Of a stretch of DNA of 64,000 bases, positions 13,592 through 23,333 are shown piece after piece (position 1 is the stretch's first letter; the number at the start of each line of letters is the position of its first letter). The notes beneath the pieces were generated by a model. That model saw nothing but the letters and a program-made list of their open reading frames with translations, made no database searches and was not told the origin of the DNA. This DNA comes from Hypanus sabinus (Eukaryota). A program made the translations under genes and the position numbers. Where the stretch lies: assembly GCF_030144855.1 (NCBI RefSeq), contig NC_082706.1:106516001-106580000 (forward strand), written 5' to 3'.

Positions 13592-14429
13592 ACATGGTCA
13601 TCCATTTTATATTCCACAGATTCACAGAAATTGCCTTGGCAGATGAGCTTTCCATATGTCATCTGAGCATTGCTTTGACATCATCCCCGATAGCTATGGA
13701 CTCAATACAAGATATCTCTGATCCTCTACACCTGGAATGCAATATACCTCCTGTGGTAGGCAATCTCCATAAAACAATCTAAACTGATAACCTTGTTGAG
13801 GGTAATGGCCACAGGGGTATTCTGCCAATTCCCTTTCCCACTCTTGATGATCACCCAGCTACCTGTTTCTAGCAACATAGGGGTAACAGTCTCTCTGTAA
13901 CTCCTATCAACCGCTCTTTTTTTCTGAATGATCTGAAGGCCATAGATCCAATTCCCTAACACAGCTTGTAAAGAGCTGCAACTGGATGCACTTATCACAG
14001 GTCCAGACATCTCCCTAACTCTCCACCTCATGAAAGAGGAGCACAACACTGCTCTAAGTTCTAAACCCACTGGTCTGTCGGTAGAACAATAGAGAAAGAA
14101 ATTAAATGAACATAAACTTGGAAGTTTATCGAATCGTGAGGGGTATAAAGGGGTCATAGCCTTTTCCCCAGGATTGGAGAATCCACATCTGAAACAAGGA
14201 AACAGGGAAGAGATTTAAAAGAGACCTAAAAGGTAATTTATTTATGCAGAGGATAGTGAGCTGCCTGAGGAAGTGGTTGAGATGGTTCATTTGCAATATT
14301 TCAGAGGTATTTGCATGGGCACATGGAAGGAAAGGGGTTGAAGGTCCACGAGTCAAATGCAGCAAGATCTAGCAGGTTAGCATGGACCATCTGGGCTGAC
14401 GGGCCTATATCCAGGCTATGTCACTCTAA

Positions 14430-17400
14430 GGAAGTGATATGTGTGAGAGGCCAGTTTTCTGTCCTCGGTGTCAGATGTAGGGGGTCCTGGAGTCTGCCAG
14501 CCTCCAGGATGGCCATATCTGCACCAGGTGTGTTGAGCTGCAGCTATTAAGCGACCGAGTTAGGGACCTGGAGAGGCAGCTCGATAACCTTTGCCTGGTT
14601 AGTGAGAGCGAGGAGATGATGAAAAGGAGTTATAGGCGGGTGGTCACACCAGGGCCATGGGAGACAGACAGCTTGGTTACAGTCAGGAGTAGGAAGGGGA
14701 AGAGTCAGGTACTAGAGAGTACCCCTGTGGCTGTGCCCCTTGACAATAGGTTCTCCTGTTTGAGTACTGTTGGGGGGGGGGGGAGGCGGCAGTGGTCTTG
14801 CCGCTGGCACAAAGTCTAGACCTGCAACTCAGAAGGGTAAGGAAGGCAAGAGGAAGACAGTAGTGATAGGGGACTCTATAGTTAGGGGGTCAGACAGGTG
14901 ATTCTGTGGATGCAGGAAAGAAACTCGGATGGTAGTTTGCCTCCCAGCTGCCAGGGTCCGGTATGTTTTGGATCACGTTCAAGATATCTTGCAGTGGGAG
15001 GGAGAGACGCCAATGGTTGTGGAACATACTGGTACCAATGATATAGGTAGGAAAAGGGAAGCGATCCTGAAAAAAGACTACAGGGAGTTAGGAAGGAATT
15101 TGAGAAGCAGGACCACAAAGGTTATAATCTCAGGATTGCTGCCTGTACCACACGACAGTGAGAATAGAAATAGGATGAGGTAGAAGATAAATGCGTGGCC
15201 AAGGGATGGGAGCAGGGGGGCAGGGATTCAGAATTCCAGATCATTAGGACCTATTTTGGGGAAGGTGTGACCTGTACAAAAAGGACGGGTTGCACTTGAA
15301 TCCCAGGGGAACCAATATCCTGATGGGGAGGTTTGCTAAGGCTACTGGGGAGAGTTTAAACTAGAATTGTTGGGGGTAGGAACAGAACCGAAGAGACTGG
15401 GGAAGAGGAGGTTAGCTCACAAGTAGAGGAACTGGTAGGATAGGCAGGTGATAGAGAAAGGATGTGCTCAGACTGAAGGTTTGAGATGTGTTTGTTTTAA
15501 CGCAAGGAGTGTTGTGAACAAAGCAGATGGGATTAGAGCATGGATCACTACTTGGAGATATGTTGCGGTGGCGTGGCACTGTTGATCGGAGATAGTGTCA
15601 CGGCTGCAGAAAAGGTGGACGCCATGGAGGGATTCTTATGGAGTTTCTGTGGGTGGAGGTTAGGAACACGAAGGGGTCAATAACTTTACAGGGCCTTTTT
15701 TTTTATAGGCCACCCAATAGTAACAGGGATATCAAGGAGCAGATAGGGAAACAGATCCCAGAAAGATGTAGTAATAAGAGTTGTCTTGGTGGGAGATTTT
15801 AATTTCCGTACAGCAAAGGGTTTAGATGGGGTGGAGTTTGTCAGGTGATTTCAGTAAGGTTTCTTGCCAGAATATGTAGATAAGTCTACAAGAGGAGAGG
15901 CTGTACTTCATTTGGTATTGGGAGATGAACCTGGTCAGGTGTCAGGTCTCTCAGTGGGAGAGAGTTTTGGAGATAGTGATCATAATTCTGTCTCCTTTAC
16001 AAATAGCCTGGAGAGGGATAGGAACAGACAAGTTACAAAAGCGTTTAATTGGAGTAAGGGGAATTATCAGGCTATCGGGTAGGAAATTGGAGGCTTAAAT
16101 TGGAAACAGATGTTCTCAGGGAAAAGTACGGAAGAAATTTGGCAAATGTTCAGGAGATATTTGTGTGCAGTTCTGCAGAGGTACTTTCTAATCAGACAGG
16201 GAATTTATTGAAGGGTACAGGAAGCATGGAGTACAAAGGCTGTAATAAATCTAGTGAAGAAGAAAAGCTTACTAAAGGTTCAGAGAGCTTGGTAATGTTA
16301 GAGATCTAGAAGATTAAAAGGCTAATAGGAAGGAGCTTAAGAAGGAAATTAGAAGAGCCAGAAGGGGCCATGACAAGACCTTGGCAGGCAAGACTAAAGT
16401 AAATCCCAAGGCATTCTACATGTATGTGAAGAGCAAGAGGATAAGACATGAAAGAATAGCACCTATCAAGTGTGACAGTGGGAAAGTGTGTATGCAACCT
16501 GAGGAAATAGCAGAGGGACTTAATACTTTACTTCATTATTCACTATGGAGAAGGATTGTGGTGATTGTAGGGATGACTTACAGCAGACAGAAAAGCTTTA
16601 GCATGTAGATATTAAGAAAGAAGATGTGCTGGAGCTTTTGGAAAACATCACTGGATAAATCGCCAGGACCAGATGAGATATACCCAAGGCTACTCTGGGA
16701 GGCGAGGGAGGAGATTGCTGAGCCTCTGACTATGATCTTTGCATCATCAATGGGGATGGGAGAGGTTCTGGAGGATTGGCAGGTGTGAATGTTGTTCCTT
16801 CTTTCAAGAAAGGGAGTAGAGATAGCTCAGGAAATTATAGGCCAGTGAGTCTTACCTCAGTGGTTGGTACGTTGATGGGGAAGATCCTGAGAGGCAGGAT
16901 GTATGAACATTTGGAGAGGTATAATATGATTAGGAGTAGTCAGCATGGCTTTATCAAGGGCAGCTCATGCCTTATAAGCCTGATTGAATTTTTTGGTGAT
17001 GTGAATAAACACATTGATGAAGGAAGAGCAGTAGATGTAGTGTATACAGATTTCAGCAAAACATTCTTATGGATGGGGAATCAAGGGATATGGGGACAAG
17101 GCAGGAACCGGGTATTGATAGTAGATGATCTGCCATGATCTCAGAATGGTGGTGCAGGCTCAAAGGGCCGAATGGTCTACTTCTGCACCTGTTGTCAATT
17201 TGATAAAGTATCCCATGCAAGGCTTATTGAGAAAGTAAAGAGGCATGGGATCCAAGGGGACATTGCTTTGTGGATCCAGAACTGGCTTGCCCACAGAAGG
17301 CAAAGTGTGGTTGTAAACGGGTCATATTCTGCATGGAGGTCGGTCACCAGTGGAGTGCCTCATTGATCTGTTCTGGGACCCTTACTCTTTTTGGTTATTA

Positions 17401-18338
17401 GAAATGACTTGGATGACAAAGTGGAGGGATGGGTTAATGAGTTTGTTGTTGACACAAAGGTTGGGGTGAGGGGTGTTGTGGATAGTGTGAAGGGCTGTCC
17501 GAGGTTACAGTGGGACATTGATAGGATGCCAAATTGAGCTGAGAAGTGGCAGGTGGAGTTCAACTCAGCTAAGTGTGAAGTGGTTCATTTTGGTAGGTCA
17601 AATATGATGGCAGAATATAATATTAATGTTAAGACTCTTGGCAGTGTGGAGGATCAGAGGGTTCCTGGGATCCAAGTCCATAGGACGCTCAAAGCAGCTG
17701 TGCAGGTTAACTCTGTGGTGAAGAAAACGTATGGTGTATTGACCTTCATCAATGGTAGAATTGAATTTAGGAGCCAAGAGGTAATGTTGCAGCTATATAG
17801 GACCCTTGTCAGACCCCACTTGGAATACTGTGCTTAGTTTTGGTCGCCTCACTATAGGAAGGATGTGGAAGCCATAGAAGGGGTGCAGAGGAGATCTACA
17901 AGGATGTTGCCTGGATTGGGGAACATGCCTTATGAGAATAGGTTGAGTGAACTTGGGCTTTTCTCCTAGACACGAAGGGGGATGAGAGGTGCACAAGATG
18001 ATGAGAGGCATTAATCGTTTAAATAGTCAGAGGCTTTTTCCCAGGGTTGAAATGGTTGCCAGAAGAAGACACAGGTTTAAGCTGCTAGGAAGTAGGTACA
18101 GAGGAGATGTCAGGGGTAAGTCTTTTACTCAGAGTGGTGAGTGCATGGAATGGGCTGCCGGCAACTGTGGTGCAGGTGGATACAATAGGGTCTTTTAATA
18201 GACTTTTAGATAGGTACATGGAGCTTCATAAAATAGAGGGCTATAGGTAAGCCTAGTAATTTCTATGGTAGGGACATAACATTGTGGGCTGAAGGGACAG
18301 TATTGTGCTGTAGGATATCTTTTTTTATGATTCTATGA
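14430..18338 (+). mobile_element. Near full-length decayed CR1 LINE (ORF1 with SGNH/GDSL esterase domain; ORF2 APE plus RT)
   Basis: VIGDSIVRG, VVCLPAARV and HTGTNDIG (esterase); FNARS-like EN start ~15495; YRPVSLTSVVG and YTDFSK; (TTCTATGA)-type tail at ~18326-18338; a short foreign CR1 3' end is inserted at ~17066-17200. Confidence 0.85.
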
Positions 18339-20269
18339 AATAAAAACAAAAAATGTGAAAAATACTCAAATCATCAGATGGCTTCTGTGCAAAGAGAAAC
18401 AGTTGGGGAAGTCAAAGATAGCATAAAAGAAAAGGAGAGGGCAGGAAGTCTGCAGAAGGATGGGGACACATTAGGAGAATTGACAAAAAAAGTGGCAGAT
18501 GGGACAGAGTGTAGGGAAGTGTATGGTGATGCACTTTGGTAGAAGGAATAAAGGCACAGACTATTCTCTAAACAGAGAGAGAGTGCAGAAACTGAACGTG
18601 CAAGAAGACTTGAGAATTCTGCTGTAGGATTCCCTAAAGGCTAACTAGCTGTTTGAGTCAATAGTGAAGGAGGCAAATGCAATGATGGCAAACACTTTGA
18701 GGGGTCTAGACTATAATCAGAATAAAATGAGAGTCAGGTTTAATATCACTGGCATAGGTTGTGAAACTTGTTATTTTGCAGCTGCATTACTGTGCATTAT
18801 GTAATAAAAACTATAAAGTACAATTATAAAGTACAATTATATACTAAATTAAATAAGTAGAGGAAAAGAGCAAAGAAAGAAAAAATACTGAGGTAGTAGA
18901 TGAGAATTCATTGTCCATTCAGAAATTTGATGAAAACAAGAATGTAATGTTGAGTCTTCATAAGACATTGGTTAGACTATATATGGAGTATAGTGAGCAA
19001 TTTTGGGCTCCATATCTGAGAAAGAATGTCCTGGCATTAGAGAGGGAGCAGAGGAGGTTTAAGAGAATGGTCCAAGGAATGAAAGGGTTATCACATAAGG
19101 AACATTCGATGGTTCTGGCCTGTTCTCACTGGAGCTTAGAAGACTGAGGGACATCTCTTTGAAACCTATTGAATATTTAAAGGCCTGGAGGATGAGACGA
19201 TTTTTCAAATAGTGGGAGAGTTCAGGACTAAAGGACACAGACTCATAATAGGACATTTCTTCAGAACAGAGACGAAATTCATTGCCATAAATGACGATGG
19301 AGTCCAAATTATTGAATTTCTTAAATCGCCCAGGCTGATAGGTACCTGATGGTGTCAAAGGTTACGGGGAGAAGACAAATAAATGGGGCTGAGAGGGAAA
19401 ACGAAACAGATGCGATTCAATGGCCGAGCTGACTCAATGGATCGAATGGCCTAATCCTGCTCCTATGTCTTACTGTTTTACGGCTGGGAGAGCGATTGCA
19501 GTCGGAGCATGTACAGAGGAAGCTTCTTAATCGATTAACCTAAACTGCCCTAAGGGGGTTATCAGAAACAAAAGTCGTTAACAAATGAGATGATTTTAAC
19601 GGGAATGGTTGCGGGAGATTTGCAAATAGTTAGTTATGGAACTTGGATGTTAACAACTACAAGAAAGCAGTTACCGGGCATTCAATAAAGGACGGTGCAC
19701 TGCCTCTGCACCATGGTAGCCTCGCGAAAAGCGCGGCGCTACTACAGTCCGGGTTGTAAATTGTTCCCTGATTAGATTAGAGTTAATTGGATTTGTCGGG
19801 GGTGCCTGGGCCTACCTTGCGGTGTATCGCTAAATAAACAAATTGATATTGTGCTTTCAAATTTTCCAGCGGAAGCCAATGTAAGCGAATATTTACTGAC
19901 AGGTTCTGCCCGGTTGGAATCATTAAAACCACGTTCACAGGGAAAGATGAAGAATTCACAGACATGTTGCAGATGGCATTCGGTTCATCAAACATCCCAC
20001 CCAACGGAACCGACAGTGAATACAGTCGCAGCGACGGGGGCGGTTGCGAGACAGTTCCAGGGTCGGTACTTCAAGAGCGTGTGTGGGGAGGATATCGGTC
20101 TCTTGCTCTGTCACAGAATCTGGAGACAAAAGATTAGACAAAATGAAGTCCAAAATGATGAAACCGGGGTATCTGGGTGAATTATTAACATGTACTCCTG
20201 CCGTCTGAAGGCGCCGAGTAACTCCCCTCCCTTCACTGAAGACAGTTGCTCCAACTGTGGTGTTAGGCG

Positions 20270-20360
20270 GGATTTTGTACGCTGTTCCTGTGTCCGCGTG
20301 GGTTTCCTCCGGCTGCTCCGGTTTCCTCCCACGTTCAAAACACGTTCGGGTTAGTAAACG
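20270..20360 (+). mobile_element. V-SINE/HE1-type SINE central domain fragment; copy at ~45480-45570
   Basis: gcgtgggtttcctccggctgctccggtttcctcccac is the conserved core I recall for fish/shark V-SINEs. Confidence 0.6.
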
Positions 20361-20665
20361 CCCAAAGCAACACACACAAAATACTACAGGAACTCAGCAG
20401 GCCAAGCAGCGTTTATGGAAAAGAGTAAATAGTCGACGTTTCGGGCCGAAACTCTTTTTCAGGACTGGAAAGGAAGGGGAGAAATCAGCAAGAGAAGTCA
20501 TTCAGCATCTGAATATTTCTCCTTCATATTAAGCGAGAGCAATTTCGACCCCCCCCCCCCAAAAAAAAACCGTCTAATGAACTGCTGTGCAATTCTACCA
20601 AAACCTCATTTTATGCGTAGGAAGTAATAGTGTGTCGTTTTCAAATGGGGTTGGAAGGCGGGGTC

Positions 20666-20769
20666 TGTGACACGTTGACAGAAAGTGTGACGTGAGGCGT
20701 GGTGTTATTTATAACTAGCCAGGCCACATCTGAATCTGTGTCACATTCAGTCACAACTCGACAAACAAC
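20666..20769 (+). promoter_or_regulatory. Putative V1 promoter
   Basis: CRE-like TGACGTGA 20688-20695 and TATA-like TATTTATAA 20706-20714, ~56 bp upstream of the ATG; region conserved at V2 and V3. Confidence 0.55.
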
Positions 20770-20809
20770 ATGCGGCTGGGTTGCGTGGCTTTTGTGATAC
20801 TTTTTCTCT
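20770..20809 (+). CDS. TRGV: TCR gamma-type V1 leader exon (MRLGCVAFVILFL-)
   Basis: ATG, hydrophobic signal peptide and phase-1 GTTAGT donor at 20810; 84-nt intron ending ttccacAG at 20893; splices in frame to the V exon. Confidence 0.9.
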
Positions 20810-20893
20810 GTTAGTTGATTGATTTTCATCCACTTACACTCTGTTTGTTTCAGTCTTTGAGAAATTTTATGACTTTGATTTCTGTTTCCACAG

Positions 20894-21205
20894 GCAGATG
20901 TCTCGGTGCTGAATTGACACAGACTCCGATGTCCATCACCCGAAATGAGGGCGAAAAGGCGACTATGAGCTGCGATTTGGGCACAGCGAACACGGAGTAT
21001 ATCCACTGGTATCGGCAGTCAGATGGGCAACGCCCGGTCAGGATCCTTTATTACAATAAGGGGGTCAACACACGCGACGATGGATTTGATGACAGATTTA
21101 GAGCGAGCGGTGTTGATCAACCTGGTCAACTAAAACAGTCTTCTCTGATTGTGAAGAGTCTCAAGAAAGAGGATTCCGGCACCTATTACTGTGCCTATTG
21201 GGACC
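20894..21205 (+). CDS. TRGV: TCR gamma-type V1 exon (open)
   Basis: Ig-V hallmarks: first Cys (MSC), IHWYRQ, RILYY, EDSGTYYCAYWD; followed by an RSS. The gamma assignment rests on the CAYWD/IHWY/ILYY motifs and the 23-bp spacer. Confidence 0.88.
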
Positions 21206-21244
21206 CACACAGTTAAACTGCAACGGGTGCCGCTGACAAAAACT
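21206..21244 (+). other. Recombination signal sequence of V1 (23-RSS)
   Basis: CACACAG + 23 bp + ACAAAAACT (21236-21244); alternative register CACAGTT (21208-21214) + 21 bp. Confidence 0.85.
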
Positions 21245-23333
21245 CTTCCTCAGCGCAGAGGTCGCACGAATCATTTCCGACTCTGCGAATTCGCAGTTTA
21301 TGCCATAAATTCCATCACCTTTCTTCGGATAAAGAACTCTATCCAGTTCTACGGAAGTTACCCAATCAGCCTCATCGACAGTTTATACATTTACACCTGT
21401 CACTCGAGAACAGGGAGTTGGGAGAATATTTCCCCAGGGTAGGAGAGCCCAGACTAGAGGGGATAGTTTTAAAGTGAGAGGGGAAAGATCTATAAGAGAC
21501 CTGTGTGGTATGATTTTCAGGGAAAGGGTGGTGGTACAGGTAACAAGCTGCCAGAGGAAGAGTTAGAGGCAGGAACCATCCAGAGATTTAAAAGTCATTT
21601 GGGCATCTACATGGATAAGAAAGTTTTCGAGAAATACGGGTTAAATGCATGTAAACAGGACTGGTTTCCGTGGGTAACTTGCTCGGTAAGGACGAGTTGG
21701 GCCGAAGGGCCTGATTCTGTGCTGTAGATCTCAATGGCTCTTAGAATTACTTCAGATCTCTGCACGGTCGCCACTCACACTCCTTTATTCCGTGGAAAAC
21801 ATTCCCGACCTATCCGACCTCGCTGGGATCTCATCTAGGGAAGTTAAGCTTTTTACAAAAAAGATCGGTTAAACGTGAAGCCAAGGGGGATCAATATCTT
21901 TGTGAGCACGTTTGCTAGAGCTGTTGGAGAAGATTTAAACTAAGTTAGCAGGGGATCAGGAACAGGAGTGATGTGGCTGAGGATGTGGCAGTCGATGCAG
22001 CGTGTAGCGATACTGTGAGGAAGGATAGACAGATGATACTAAGGCCGATGCTCTCGCTTGTCAGTTTGATAACTCTGAGGTCAACAGCAATCTAGATCAC
22101 ATCCTTCTACACATGTACATAGAGATTGATGCCTTAAATGAGCGGTACTAATTTATTATTAAATTAGTGCTTCTGAACGTCAGTGTCAGCATTAGAATTT
22201 AGTTAGTAGCCCTATTGGCTTAGCATTTATTATTTTCCTTTTGTTTTGTACAGTTCGTAATAAATTTCAGTCTACCCAGGGGTCATTGTTAGGATCTCTG
22301 TTATTAATTATTATGTAAATAAGTTGGATGTGAATTTATACGGCATGATGTTCACTATACCCCAATCTTGGTATCATCTACTGATCCAGTTTACCATATT
22401 GTCATTTAAATCATTAATATAAGTGACCTACAACAATGGATCAAGCACCAACTCCTGCAGCACAATACTAGTCACAGGTCTCCAGACAGAGAGACAAATA
22501 TTAACTACCATTCTCTGGCTTCTTCTGCTGAGCCAACATTGAATATAACTGACTACTTCATCCTCAATGTCAAGCGAATTAATCTTCACGAGTCTGCCAT
22601 GTAGTAATTTATCAAAGGCCTTGCTAAAGACTACTGCATCCCCTTTATCAAACTTCTTGGTAACCTACTTTAACAAAAATCTCTATGAATTGTTTAGACA
22701 TCACTTACCATGCATAAGCCAATTTACTTAACTCTTATCAGGCCGTGTCTATCCAAACACTGGTACAGGTACATCCTACCCGTGAGAAAACTTTCCGATC
22801 ATTTACCCATGACTAATGTCAGGTTTACCAGGCTATAATTTCTGTTTATTTTTAGAACCATTCTCCAACGTCAGCTACTCTCTAGTCCTCCAGTACCTCA
22901 CCCATGGCTAAGAATGTTTTAAAGTTTACTGCTAGGGCCCCTGTAATTTCTGCACTAGCGTCCCACAAGGTTGGAGAGGACACCTCTTCAGGCCTTTGGG
23001 GTTTATTCACCTTACATTTGTCTCAAGACACAAGCACCTCCTCTTCTGTAATCAGAACATGGTCTATGGCCTCTACTATTTTGCCAGATTCTATGGTATA
23101 TGTGTGTGTGTCCTGAGTAAAGGCAAACACAAAGAAAAATTTAATATTGTTCCCGTCTATTTTAGCTCCATGCATACATAGCCAACTGGATTTTTAACAT
23201 GACCAATTTTGTCCCTTGCTGTCCTCTTGCTCCCAACATTCCCTTGGATTCTGGTTCACCTTGTCTGCGAGAGCAACCACTTATCCCTTTTCAGCCTTCC
23301 TGATCTTTCGCTTGTGTTCTCTTGAATGTCTTA

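Noticed and set aside
19783-20532. Overlapping ORFs upstream of V1 (and 44907-45704 upstream of V3) as a hidden gene
   Set aside because: Reading frames are not preserved between the two paralogous copies, there is no recognisable domain, and they partly run through SINE sequence.
20894-21205. Assignment as Ig VH/VL, IgNAR or NAR-TCR V
   Set aside because: No octamer promoter seen, no cluster-type D/J/C nearby, and the IHWY/ILYY/CAYWD motifs with a 23-RSS fit TCR gamma better. TCR delta cannot be fully excluded without a phylogeny.
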